Below, one piece after another: positions 23,959 to 36,750 of a stretch of 43,819 nt of DNA. The notes beneath the pieces are model-generated. The model was not told the DNA's origin, did no database searches, and worked only from the letters and a program-made list of their open reading frames with translations. The position numbers and the translations under genes were made by a program. Origin of the DNA: Octopus bimaculoides. Taxonomy: Eukaryota. The stretch spans positions 94,048,201-94,092,019 of the forward strand of contig NC_068990.1 in NCBI RefSeq assembly GCF_001194135.2. Direction: 5' to 3'. The first letter of the stretch is position 1; each line of letters starts with the position of its first letter.

Positions 23959-25139
23959 TTAAGTAATATTAACAAATGAAATTTTGGGCAAAAGGCCATG
24001 ACTAAAATGATAAACATGTTCAGGGATGGAGATGATAACAAAAATTCAATCAGAAGCTTGATAATGTATCTGTTTTAATATACAATAAAAATAATATTTC
24101 TTATATATATAAAAAAGTCCTTTCTTTAAGAGAACCATGTGTAAGCAATCAACTGATTGTGAGTATTTCACTGGTAAAACTATATCAACCATAGAGGAAT
24201 AAGAGAGCAACATAACCATGATGAAATTTCAACACCAAATATTCGGTCATAGAAAAACAGCATTGCTACACAACTTCATCCCGACAAAGAAATAAACCAA
24301 CAAAGCTTCATTTTTTTTATTAATGGTTGACTAAAGCAGAATAAAAATCAGTAAGAAAGGGTGGAGGGGATATGTGTGCACACATGCCTGCAATTTGCTT
24401 TCCATGTTCAATTATCCTCTATAAATGCCATTTGGGATTATGAATGATTCTTGTTTATCACTGAAAATATATTCCACAAGATAGCTTAATTACTTAAGTC
24501 TTATCTCCAAACATACAAATAGATTACAATTATGAAAAAACTAAGCAAATTAGTCGTAAAACTGCAGAGATATAAACAAAGATTTCTGCAGGAGGGGGGG
24601 GGTGCTTACTGCCTATATAAAGCGCATTTTTATTGCTTAAACACACACACACACACACACATGCATCTATACAAATATATTCAGCAATGTCTGTATATGG
24701 TGTACGTGATGTGGGGGGGGGGCATGCGCTCAAGATATAAATGATAAGAATAAAAATATATGGAGGTATATATAAAAAAAAAACAATTTAAAAGGAGGAA
24801 AGTGTAGATAATTTCCTCAATGTATAGAAAGAAGAAAATTACTAAAACTAACCGAATAGGAACAATGAACCAATATAATTGCATCAGCTATGTAAAACAA
24901 AACAAATGTAAAAAAAAAAAAGAAAAAAAAACAACCTTGAATGACAACATCAATGAAGTAATACAAAAATTAAAGTTTGAAACTTATGAACACAAAAAAA
25001 TAATCATTGAAATCTACAGAATAATCTAAGTTTCATTTTTTAAAATACAGTTGAATGCAAGTTTGTTGAAAGAATTTTAAACAGAAGTGGAAGAGCTTTT
25101 ACTAAAAATTAAATAAACAAAATTCAGAACAAATTAAAA

Positions 25140-25525
25140 AGATGGTAGTTCCACAAGCCTGTGGTTCTCAGTTCAGTCTCTCTGTATGGTACTGCAGCCG
25201 ACTTGCAGGCCCCTTGTTGACCACTGCTCTGTGAGCAGAATTTGGGAAATGGGAAACATGTGAAAGCGTGTTGCCTGCGTGGAGACATTTACCCGCAGTC
25301 AACTCGTGTTGGCTTTACATGGTGTCCTTTAATGACCTATAAATTAGTGGTTCGACCTAAATAAAATCAATAACCAGCACCGGAATTTGATATGACTGAA
25401 CCCTATTGATTGATTTATTGACTTTATTCAATCAATAACAAGTACCAGACTGGAATAAGTACTGGGGTCCATATGAACAAATGGAATCGTTGAAGGTGGT
25501 TCCCCAGCATGGCAACAGGTAAAAA
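25140..25525 (+). mobile_element. SINE, degenerate, with insertion
   Basis: gtggttctcagttcagtc head remnant; ataagtactggggtc...ggttccccagcatggc tail. Confidence 0.5.
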
Positions 25526-26002
25526 GCAAGAATAATGCTGATGAACATAAAGCCACAACACACAATTATCAGTCATCTGTGCATTAAGTCCTGCTAACAA
25601 TGTTCTTATATCACCAATAAAAGAACAAACAAGGGAAACAAAATGTTCTTCAATGAAAAAGGAATCAACTTTCTTTCTACCAAACAAGTCTTACAAAGAA
25701 AAGGAAAAAAGACGTCTTTTGTAAACACACATATTAGAATTTGCTCATAAATTCCAAAAACAGCATGTTTTTCTATACAAAGAATTGCCAAGACATGGAA
25801 AAGCCAACCAACATCAGTTGTTAGCTGTCAAGACATTGCGTTCGTCAACAATTCCATGTTTCCCAAAACTACTCCTCACCTGCCTCAGCACCTTTTTTTT
25901 TCTTTTCTTTATGGCTTTTTTACTGTTCACTTTTCTCTCATTTTGTGCTTTTTTCTGTGAACTCTGCATGTATTTGTAGCTTTCATTGCTGTCTGCCTTT
26001 AT

Positions 26003-26300
26003 TTGGTCAATGTAATCAACTAGTCCCCTCACCACTAATTTCAGGCCTTGTGCCTTTAGAATATTATTATTATTATTATTATTTTTAAGGTGATGAGCTG
26101 GCAAAATTGTTAGCATGCCGGACAAAATGCTTAGTGGTATTTCGTCTGACTTTACATTCTGAGTTCAAATACTGCCAAAGCAACTTGGAAGAAATAAGTA
26201 CCAGTCACATATTGAGGTTGATATAATTGACTTGACCCGTCCACCCAAAAATTTCAGGCATTGAACCTATGATAGAGAGGATTATTGTTATTATCATCAT
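26003..26300 (+). mobile_element. Head-to-tail SINE pair joined by (ATT)n
   Basis: SINE 3' end (aatttcaggccttgtgcc) at 26003-26060, (att)n, then a new head aaggtgatgagctggc at about 26085 with ctgagttcaaatact B-box. Confidence 0.75.
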
Positions 26301-26904
26301 CATCATCATCACTACCACCCATTATTTCTGTTCAAATAGGGAATGAATAAATGGCAGAGTTAATGTCCAACAACAACCAATCCAGAGATCAGCTGTTAAT
26401 ATCTAGTCACTTGCATTGTCTTGTGTTCACAGCCAAGGCATTAAACACTCATCAGACAAGTTCATCTAGCTTGAAAGTGGTACGACATGTTGCCAGTATA
26501 TAATTCCCAACTGTTTTCTTAGATCACAGAGAAAAAAGAAAGGTTTGTTGTTGGACTGGCAGACCTTCACCCATAAAACAAACAATACTGTAGAAACCAC
26601 AAAGAGCTATGCCAAGGCCTTCTCCGATGCTAAATATTTGTCAGATAGAAACAACAAATAGCACACATGTGTGTGTGTGTGTGTAAGTCTGCACTACACC
26701 TATTATATGCTGTTACTGTGTGTATGTATGTAGACTCAGAAACACAAATAAACATTCAAGTATTTGCATACATATTATAAAGTGTACATATACTAACACA
26801 TACAAACAAAACACATTTGTCTATATGCACAAACATACTAACATACAGAAAAACATGAGTGTGTGTGTGTGTGCACGTGCATGCGTGTGCGAACACACAC
26901 AAAT

Positions 26905-27000
26905 ATAGGCAAAGGTGTGGCTGTGTAGATGAGAAGTTTGATAGGCAACCATGTGGTCATGGGTTTGATCCTGCTGCATAACATCTTCAGTAGAAGCCTG

Positions 27001-27050
<50 letters not shown>

Positions 27051-27240
27051 CTCAGTTTGTTTTTACATTGATAGCACCTGAACAAAAAAAAGTTGTTTTT
27101 GTTTATGTTTAGAATCTTAGAAGCACAAAGAGACAGATACCATTACAATAAGCACCAGGATTGAAGAGATCAACTACCAAAAAAAAAAAACTTTCAAGGC
27201 ATTCCCCATTGCCTCAGTTCAGTGACTGAAACAGGTAAGC
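26905..27240 (+). mobile_element. SINE interrupted by a (GT)n microsatellite
   Basis: aggtgtggctgtgtagatgagaagttt head and gggtttgatcc B-box; (GT)n at 27003-27048; cagttcagtgactgaaacaggtaag tail. Confidence 0.55.
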
Positions 27241-27429
27241 ATCTTTATCTCCCTTTCCAGTTCCACTCTGATTATTCCCAGAAAATCAAGGAAAGTAAGC
27301 ATGTAGTTTCTCTACAGCAAAACACCTGTTCCCAGCCCTTCTTTCATACTTTAACCCCTCAACACCTAACATAAAGTTGTCCTCCCCCACCATCTCTGTA
27401 ACACTCCCACTCAGTCAAAGAGTCTTGCT

Positions 27430-27610
27430 ATTCCCATGGTGGCCTCACTGGGATTGGTGCCATGACAAAAGCACTCAGTCCATGCTGTAGAACGGTTGGT
27501 ATTAGGAAGGGCATCCAGCCATAGAAACCATTCCAAAGATGTTGGAACATAACACAGTCCTCAAGTTAATTGGATCCTATCAAACCATCCAACTTACGCC
27601 AGGCATAGAA

Positions 27611-27641
<31 letters not shown>

Positions 27642-27645
27642 GCAA
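27430..27645 (+). mobile_element. RTE-associated 3' tail repeat with (GAT)n tail
   Basis: ggttggtattaggaagggcatccagccatagaaacc ... ccatccaac ... (gat)n. Confidence 0.7.
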
Positions 27646-29398
27646 CAACAATACCAATAACGTAATATATTAAAAAGTTTAACGAAAACTATGAGCAACA
27701 ACAAATAAGCTGAAGTTTCCATTTCTGTTGAGTGCAATACCTTGCACTCTGCTGCACCCTGGCATCACAAATGTAAACCACCATCACTGACATTATTTAA
27801 TATGTAGTCCTAGTCTTAGATGATGCTGGTGACGACTACATTATCTTCCAAAATGAGATTCTTTCCTAAATCTCGTTCTTCATTGTAAGTGATTTATGAT
27901 GGAAAGGGAAAACGCAGAAGCCAATAAAGAGCACATAAAAGAGGACACTCTTCTCTCCTTACAACCCCTAAACCCCTAAACTAAAAACACTCAATTCAGC
28001 TATAAAAATTGTTGACATAACAGTTCTTCTACATTTGCTTAAATATATAAATAGTATTCTGAAGGACTGTGGTGGAAGAGATTTTAACATCCCAACGACC
28101 AGCAGAGAAAGAAAGATTTTCTTCTTTCAATTTTGGTTTTAGAAGTTAAACAGTTTAAATAAATAAAGAGACAACATAACAAATAGACATATGCCCCCCA
28201 CCCCAGCCCCATACACAAACATACACATACTTGAAATAGAATCTTTCTTGAAAAGAAAATATAAGAGACCTCAAAAGAACCGTTAGGAGAATGGCTATAT
28301 ATAGTTAATTAATTGACGCAACAAACCACATGGAAGTCAAAATGTACAAAGTTACATTACTGTTGGTGCCAAAGCCTTGATTTTATCACTCAGGAAAAGG
28401 GAATACAAAAATAAACTGAACAAAAATTAATAAAATAAAATTTAAAAACACCCTTTCTTGTTTGTTTTCTGTTTTCCAATTAAAACAGAAATGAAAACAA
28501 CTTTAAATCAACCAAACAATACTTTTCTAGTTGAGTTCTATATACAGCTCTTTTAGTTTGTGGATTTTTTTCCAAATCTTTTTCTTTTAAGACCAAACTA
28601 AACAAACAAAATTTTAAAACACTTTGCCTTTTTTTCTAAACATATTTCATGAATAAAATAAACAATTATGTTTAGTTTATATTCATTAATATTTTTAAAG
28701 ATTTTTCTTCTCCAAAAACAAACAAAAATCAAGGGTGAATATTAATTCACAAACAAAAGCGAGATTTGTCTTCTTCAATAATAAACCGCAATTTTGACCA
28801 TCATCACACAATCAATAATCTAAATTTCTGACATACAAACAAATATACTAAGTTACAGAATAAATTGCTTTCCTTTTAAAGGATGTCTACATTTGTCCAT
28901 GTGCACATGTGTCTACATGCATGTGTTTGTGTTATGTCCATAAACACTCATGTAACTTTCTTTCTGGAACTGTTAGTATTTGGAAAGAGAGTTGTGTTGA
29001 CATGGAGTGCAGTGACTTGTGAATGACAAGACACTCAAAAGTGACAAATATTTGAACGTTTGAGGAGGCACTCAACTAGGATCTTGCAGCAAAATATGTC
29101 ATTTCTAATTTGAATTTGGTCATCATAAGAAAACGCATTATTAGTTTGCAAATTGAAGTTATAAGGTTTGATAGACAACAGAACCTTTCTGAGAGAGAGA
29201 GAGGGGGAGAGTTATTTTGACAGTTAATTTACATTTGCAAACTTTTTAACATATGCATATACATGCTATTAACTATTTCTTTTGGCCTTTATTTTTAAAG
29301 TTCTTAAAAGAAAGAATAAAATAATGAGTGGATGTGTTAATTGCTAAACTCAAACAAAATATTAAAATGCTTCAGAACTGTTTTAGATCAAGTGAGAG

Positions 29399-29430
<32 letters not shown>

Positions 29431-29434
29431 TGCT

Positions 29435-29700
29435 GTCATCATCATCATCATTATTTTCCTCCTGCTTTTTTGCGCTGGCAGGAGTCTGACGGTGGGTACT
29501 AATGGTGCAAGTCAAATCATATTTGAAGTTACTGGCCTCCTAAACAGGTTGGGGAGCACACCTCATTTGTAGGTTGCCTTTTAGCATAGGCAGAGGTCAA
29601 CCACTTTGCAGGGGGTACTGGATGCATTTTATCATAACATAAGCACTACAGAGATTGCATTGTCCCCAGCAAGAGCTGGGAGTCATTTCTAACAGGCAAC
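29435..29700 (-). mobile_element. RTE-associated 3' tail repeat, degenerate
   Basis: (catc)n followed by ttttt gcgctggcagg..., ggatgcattttatcataac. Confidence 0.45.
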
Positions 29701-29839
29701 ATTAAAGGGGAGCCTCTTCTTCTCTTTGATGCTTCTATTTGTTTGTTCTTTTTTCCTTACAACAATATGAGGTGGGAACAAAGCTAAAACAGGAAGGTGA
29801 GAGAAGAGAACCAGAGTAATAAGAGCAAGAGATTCATAG

Positions 29840-30170
29840 AAGACAATGGAACATTATTCAACATCTTGTAGTAATATTTCCTTGTCTCTTTTGAGACATC
29901 AGTAGAGGAGGGGCAAGTGTGCTACTGTCATTCCATACTTCTCCCCAATAACATCTTCATTCTGTTGGGTATATTTCTTTGCAACTTGGAACACTTCATT
30001 TCATTCTCACAGAACAGGGTCAAACCTCGTGCTTTTTCCCCTTTGCTAAATTTACCTGACATCTAGTTCTTCTTCAACCAACATTATATCATTCTGTGCT
30101 TGCCTTTCTTCCAACTCTACAAAGTTACACTCTTAGCTTTTATGGCTGCATCAACAGTACCAAGCTAACG
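29840..30170 (-). mobile_element. RTE LINE ORF fragment (EN-RT linker), degenerate
   Basis: Minus translation VDAAIKAK...WKKG and VFQVAKKYTQQNEDVIGEKY resembles the RTE linker (VF..A.Q...N.DVVGEKC). Confidence 0.55.
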
Positions 30171-32529
30171 TGCTTAAAAAACAGAAGACAACCAAATTTC
30201 TTGGAGATCAATGTTTCTGTTCATATAGAGCCTTCTACATAATAATTGAATTTGTTGATTGGAGCCCAAATCAAAATTGCTTCACCATCAACACACATAC
30301 ACTAACTACAATGAATCATATAAACATAGTCACTGAATATGTACACACACACACACACACACCTGCCTTTTCATTTCTAAGGCCACAAACTTTTACATCA
30401 GTCACTAATTTGCTATTCACTAGATGCTCTGTTCCTTCACACGATGCATCAACCACTGTAAATTCTTCTCTTAAAGTTTATTTGTTCAGTGCTAATAATG
30501 TCTCTTGGCTAATAATGTCTGTTAGTTTTCTTCTTTTATGAGTTATTGTTACACACTTCCAAGTGTAAATATGTAAATTCTTTGGGTACATGTTTTATAG
30601 CAGGATGCGCTTCTTACAGCTAACTATTCAATCTTGTTATGGGAGTAGTAATATTGAAGTTCTTAGATTTAGTTTTAAGCAAAGTAAACTTTCTTGCCCA
30701 AGAACAAAGTTTGAACACACGTCAAGTGTGCATTAATCAATTTTACTTTCACACAACTCTCTCTTTCTCTCTACCTCTGAAATCTCATTTGCAAATAAAA
30801 ATAGTAAAAACAAAGCATAAAGCAGGTAAGTGCATAGCAAGAACAATGTAAATATTGAGTGGTTAAAGTACACCTTGTCTCCGTATCTGATTTGACAATC
30901 TGAACTAATGTGAGCAACCAACCAAAAGAAATGTTTGTTTGACATCAAATGATACTTTTAAGATTGCTGTGAATGAGAACTGGGAAGAGAGCGAAAAGAG
31001 ATTAGTTGAAAAGACAGCAGACAAATATGAAACAATTTACTACTGATAGTAAGTCACACTGCAATGTCAAGCAGACCATTGCTAACACCACCTGGAGGCA
31101 AATTAAGCAATGAGTAAATCTCAAGTCTGCTCAAACACACACACACAAATATATATATATATCACATCATACATGCATCCATTTATGATGTACAAGAATG
31201 TTCACAAAGAAATATATACACACAAATACAGGAAATATACCAGTCAAAGTCAAACACAGACACAAATTATAACCAAAGATATAAGAATTTAGTTGGATGT
31301 GACATTTTGTTAACATTTCATGAAAATATATTTCCTCATAAAGACAGCAAATGACATCTATTGCAATCGTTCTACTAAACAGGCAAATAGTTTTATGGGA
31401 ACTTCATATCTGCAACATTTGTTGCTAGGATACGACTATAGTGTACAAGTGCTACAGTCTGCACAACACAGGCTACAGCATCATCATCATCATAAACATT
31501 AGTTACTGATTATTCTTGGACAATAATGGGAATTTCTACCGTTTCTGCATTCTACGTCAGTTCTTTGTTAATATTGCAGAGAGATATTTTCATAGACATA
31601 TTTAAAAAAAAAAAAAACTATGACCAACAGAAACAAAGAGGATGAAGATGATAGCAATCAGTAGAAAAGAAAAAGAAAAAAAAAGCAAAAGTCCTTAAGA
31701 CTACATGTTCAAAGCTAACCAGAGTATGTGGTCCAGCTAGCAAGAAGGCATTACTTTACAATCTAGTTTTAAAATAGTTTCTGCTATCAGAAATAATCAC
31801 AAAATCTGTTAGAAATATCAACCAATTCTCACATAAATCACATCCTGGACACATTAGAAAATGTAGCTCAAGATACACATGTCTGAAAAAATTAAAGATG
31901 GAATACTTGTGGCCAAAGCACTTTAATCAGAGTTGACCTGAAGTTAATCAACCACAGAAACAAGATCTAAAATACCATTGCAAAAATTTTCATTCCCAAA
32001 ATTCTAAGAAGAGTTTTAACTTTTTAAGGAAAACTACTCCACTTTAAGTTACAAATGGTGAAACGTTCCATCATATTTTAAGTTACATCATTCAAACACA
32101 CACTAAATACAAACTGCATGGGTAACAAAATTACTGGATTGGATTCCTAACATATTCACCCCATTAAAGCCAAATTTCAAATTCTGAACCATGTTGCAGT
32201 AACTATCAATTCAGATATAATACAAATGTATCATTTTTCAAACAACTTTTCTTCAAAACATACTCACAGAATCTGAATCTTTTCATTTGAAACCACAGCT
32301 GCAAAGCAAATATATGGACAAGTGGCTCTCTTACACGCACACGCACACACACACACACACACACACATATAAATTTATAAATTTTATAAATTATCCAATA
32401 ATTTTTTGCTAGTTTATTTGTCTATTTGTCTTTTCTCCTGGTGCTGTATGAATATTTGATGTGGTTTTAGAGTCAAGTTTTGACTACTGTCTCTAGCATG
32501 GTGGTATCTTTTAAATACCCTCAATTATA

Positions 32530-32560
<31 letters not shown>

Positions 32561-32567
<7 letters not shown>

Positions 32568-33320
32568 TGTTCAAAGAGCATCTGACTTTATTTTTCATGC
32601 TTGTAGGCTGTGTCAATCCCTGGCTGTTATGCCTAGGGTACAGTCATGTAGTGCGTGCCCATCGAATTTTCGTTTTCCACACAAGATAACCGAACGCATC
32701 GAGCAGAGGCCATAAACTCATGTCTTATCACCAGTGATGATGGTCTTCATGAAGTCTCGGTCCTGGACAATTTCCATGCAAAGTTGCTTCTGCTGTTCTG
32801 CCAGCACCATGGAGATGAATTTTGCCAACACTCTCCGTGTGCACAAATCCTCTCTTAAAATCGAATGCCCTAACCCTAACCCTAACCCTGTGCTTATTCT
32901 CACTTTGTAAGCAATTTCCTGGATTGTTACAGAGCAGTCTTCCATGACTATTCACCAAAACTTCTCAATCGGTTCCTCATTTCAGCTTGTGGATGGCCTG
33001 CCTGAATGTGCCTAGCTCTCCTCTGAGGCGCAGCCATGTTTGAAGCAGTTCTACCTTGATCCAAGTTTTGCACATGGCATCATCGCCAAAGATCTGCTGA
33101 ATCTTCTGGATGGTTGGAGCTTGAATATCACCAATCTTTTGGAAAAACTTGATGCAATATCTCTGTTCAATGTGTTTGGTGGCAACAAAACCCAAACGAG
33201 TGTGCACTACACTTTTGTACTCTAGGCAATGGTGATGTCACCTTGCACCCAAAGGATTTTGCTCACACAGCATTAGTTTTTATGGGGAAAAATAAAATTG
33301 GATACTTTTTGAGTGCTTGT

Positions 33321-33324
<4 letters not shown>
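32561..33324 (-). mobile_element. Mariner (Tc1/mariner) deletion derivative: transposase N-terminus plus both TIRs
   Basis: Minus translation EQRYCIKFFQKIGDIQAPTIQKIQQIFGDDAM...TIQEIAYKVRIST...HSILREDLCTRRVLAKF...KTIITGDKT; imperfect TIRs tcaaa(a/g)ag(t/c)atc..a.tttatttttc; TA at both ends. Confidence 0.85.
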
Positions 33325-33354
<30 letters not shown>

Positions 33355-33619
33355 AACACTTCACTCTGTAATAATAATGAAAGTAAAATTTTGTATCACA
33401 GTTCAGAAGCTGACATCCCAGGCAGTGGAATTGATAGCATTGTGATTTCACACTCAAATTGAAAGGCACTGGAAATTGTGACTAAACTCTTTGGATTCCT
33501 TAATTAACATCTTTGAACTGAATTAGAAACGATTTACTTCTTATTTTTAATAATTTATATTTCGAGTTATAATCTGAGTCAGCAAAACCTTGATATTTCC
33601 AGAGAGATACAAATACATG

Positions 33620-34130
33620 AATATCATTTAATGTTCACCTTCCTTACTGGTATGGGTTGGACATTTAAAGAGGATCCACCGAGTTGGAGGTCTGCACTTA
33701 TTCCCATTGTCAGCTTTGGCATGGTTTCTACAGTTGGCTGCTCTTTCTAATGCCAACCACTTTACTGAGTGCATTATTCAGGATCTCAGCATGAGGTCAT
33801 CAAGTAAAAAGGGGACCCTCACAACCTCAATTAAGTGAAGTTGTAGTAAAGAAAGAGGTGACTTTATACTAGACGTTGAGAGTATGATAGAGAGAGGCAG
33901 GTTTCCTGCTATGGAAGAGATATATGACTACCCTATATTATATTTTAGGGTGGGTTAGGGTTATAAACTGTTCATAAATTATCTCATCTGCTTTTCCATA
34001 CTTGCATCGGTCAAATTGAATTTGTTAAGGCAGATTTTCTACAGTGAGGTGCCCTTCTTGACATCAACCCTCACCATAAGTTAACATTTCCTCTTGGCTG
34101 GGCCTGTTTCTACAGAAGATTAGAAATGCT
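33620..34130 (-). mobile_element. Two RTE-associated 3' tail repeats, degenerate
   Basis: ctggtatgggttggac, ggcatggtttctacagttggctg, gcttttccatacttg...gatttt ctacagtgaggtgccct. Confidence 0.55.
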
Positions 34131-34504
34131 TGCATGATGGTAACACTCCCTGCCAAGCATCCTGCTAGGCTGCCACGGCAAGGACACACACACACACACA
34201 CACAAATATATATTTTGTGTTTTGCTTAGGAGCAATGCACAGTAACAGAATTTTTAGCTTGAACCAAATACAACAAGCCACTCCAAATCCTTGTAAAAGT
34301 ATCTGTGTAAGTGGAGTCAGGACAGCCTAGTTTGCACTGGCATCAAACCATACTATTTGTTATATTTTAAAAGCATTTAATAGGTTCATTTCAAGGGGAT
34401 GTAGTTCCTATTGTGTGTTGTGCAAATGCTGAAATGTAGTGTTAAATGCTTTGAAAATATCATTTGTCTTGACTTCATTATTACAAATTTTATACATGCG
34501 TATC

Positions 34505-34660
34505 ATATGCAGGACTGGCTTCTTTCAGTTTCTGCCCACCAAATCCACTTACAAGATTTTGGTTAGCTCAGGGCTAAAATAGAAAACACTTACCCAGCAT
34601 TACTCAGTGGGACTGAACTTAAAGCCATGTGGATGTAAACTGCACTTCTTAATCACACAG
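34505..34660 (-). mobile_element. SINE fragment
   Basis: ggactggcttctttcagtttctgcccaccaaatccactt...cagtgggactgaac. Confidence 0.6.
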
Positions 34661-35077
34661 CATTCTACTCTACCAGTTCTATAAATTTACCACATTTTGT
34701 CAAACCCTGATAGCAAGGAAAATTTCATGTAAAAAGCAAAATGAAAAAATATAACATTCACCTTATCATGCAAACTGGAATTGGAATAATTCGAAAACAT
34801 GGATATAGTTTCAAGAAAATTATTATAAGTGGTATTTTGACATCTACAAACTGTTGTTTCTTTTAAAGAAACTCTAACACCCCTAACTTTTAAAATAGAA
34901 GTGCCAAAACATTAAGTATGTTTGCCAGTTATGGGAAAGAAACTGATGAGTTTTAAATATCTATTTTCCAAATACTTTGTGAGATGTAAAATTAAATTTA
35001 AAGCCATCAGAGGAAAATATATTGTGTAAGCAAAAACACAGAAGGTTAATTCTAAAACAATGAAATTCCTGAATTAC

Positions 35078-35140
35078 CTATATTTGTTTTTTGTGAACAA
35101 TGCTTATTTTCCTCCATGGCAATTTCATGGCTCCTGGAAT
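35078..35140 (-). other. Candidate exon (63 nt) with strong-context ATG at 35117
   Basis: Very strong acceptor attttctttttcttcttcag|, donor TAG|gtaatt; GCC ATG G gives MEENKHCSQKTNI ending in phase 1. Confidence 0.55.
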
Positions 35141-35172
35141 CTGAAGAAGAAAAAGAAAATATGAATCATTAA

Positions 35173-35352
35173 CCCTGTTGAAATACAGTGTTTCTATTTC
35201 AATTTAACTTTGAAAATAACGAAGAATTTAATGATTGTGTCATTTTTTGAGTTGGTGTTTGGTAAAAAACATGAAATTTTAAAGGAAGGTTTTGATTTAG
35301 ATCAGTTTGAAACAGGAAGTTTTGACAGAACTAGGATGGTATTAAAAGTGTT
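35173..35352. mobile_element. piggyBac-like MITE, family C copy 4 (inverted, deleted end)
   Basis: ttaa|ccctgttgaaatac; reverse complement aligns with the bodies at 12131 and 20825. Confidence 0.55.
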
Positions 35353-36129
35353 GTTAAACTTATATATCTGGAATTAAAGACATTCATTAACTAATGAAGT
35401 TTTTTTATATATAGATTTTATAAACCTATGAGAGAGAGTGGGATTCTACAAAACTTGTCAAAACAAAGAATGCATAGAAAATGGATGCTTATTATGCAGA
35501 AAGCAGAGTTTTTTTCCTTACAACTTATCTGTCAGATGAGAGAGAGACCCGTTTCTAAAAGCTGTTGACAACAGAAAAGAATAAACCCAGCACCGAAACC
35601 TGCAACATTTGTAATAAAAGGATCATTGAACAGTTACACTCTTCTACTAAGCCAAAAACCCCTCAGGACATCAAAGACAACAGAGATCATTGCTATGAAA
35701 CAAGTAGGGAATGAATGATGAAGAAAAAGTTGATTCCTTTTTGTTTTTTGTTTTCGTTTTTTTGGTTTTTGAACAATATCCAATACTACAAGACTAGAAG
35801 AACTAACAGAAAAAAAAAGGGAAAAAAGACAGGATAGTGAGAGAGAACAAGAGGAAGGACATGAATAGGAAACACAAAAAGAAAGCAGAGAAAAAGAAGA
35901 AGAAGAAGAAGAAGAAAACAAAGTATGAAAGAGTTAAATGTGCAAGAAACAATGTTCTTGAAACCAGCGGCTGTAGATTGACATACGATATATTGAGTAT
36001 AGACTCTATACCAAACCTCAAGTAGAGAAGCCTTATACCATATCGAATTTTGTTTCCTTATATTTCGAGAGAAAAACATATTCAAAGAATACCATCAGCC
36101 AAGTTAAATTCTATATTTTCATAACTTAC

Positions 36130-36256
36130 CCACAGACCAGTAACTAATTTAGATTCTTTTCTTACAGGCCCAGGATCAAAGAATACGTAATAAATAGGTA
36201 GCTTTTTTTTGTTTTGTTTGTTTTTAACACAAATATCTCGCTCGTCGATACAAATG
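36130..36256 (-). other. Candidate exon (127 nt)
   Basis: Donor TGG|gtaagt; acceptor cttcttcctcattcatgcatgtctgattgcag| (alternative upstream acceptors are possible); CpG cluster; one frame open throughout. Confidence 0.45.
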
Positions 36257-36419
36257 CTGCAATCAGACATGCATGAATGAGGAAGAAGTCTACTAAAGAA
36301 GAGACACCAATGGGGACTGATGCAATGACTGGGTGTTATCACTGGCTAATTGCAAGTGTCCTGTTCAAAGTTTAATTGTCAGTCATATTCAGTCACTGTG
36401 TCATTTTAGTACCCAATTT

Positions 36420-36750
36420 TCTGTGCTTTTATGAATCAGATGAAATTTATTGAGGCAGTGTTTTTCTATGGCCACATACCCCTTCCTGTAACCATCCCTC
36501 CAAATATTTTCATGCAGGATATTTCCCCATGACTAGACATGTTTTCACAGAAGATTGGGAATGAACGATGCTGCTTGTATGATGTTGGTACTTATTCCTG
36601 ACACCTCTCTCTCTCTACATAGACACAAAACAGGAGGACTGGCTTCTTTCAGGTTCTGTCAACCAAATCCATTTGCTCAAGGTGTCGTGCATTGGGACTG
36701 AACCGGAAACAATGTAGTAGGTAACCAACTCCTGAACTACACAGCCATGC
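36420..36750 (-). mobile_element. Decayed repeat plus SINE fragment
   Basis: ggactggcttctttcaggttctgtcaaccaaatcc...gggactgaaccggaaac matches 34505-34660; upstream part matches 33990-34150. Confidence 0.5.

Noticed and set aside
25404-25437. 10-bp inverted repeat tattgattga/tcaatcaata
   Set aside because: Low complexity, AT-rich, no functional context
30875-30892. 14-nt match (atacggagacaagg) to the Penelope-like end at 40547-40560
   Set aside because: A match of this length is expected by chance in a 44-kb two-strand comparison
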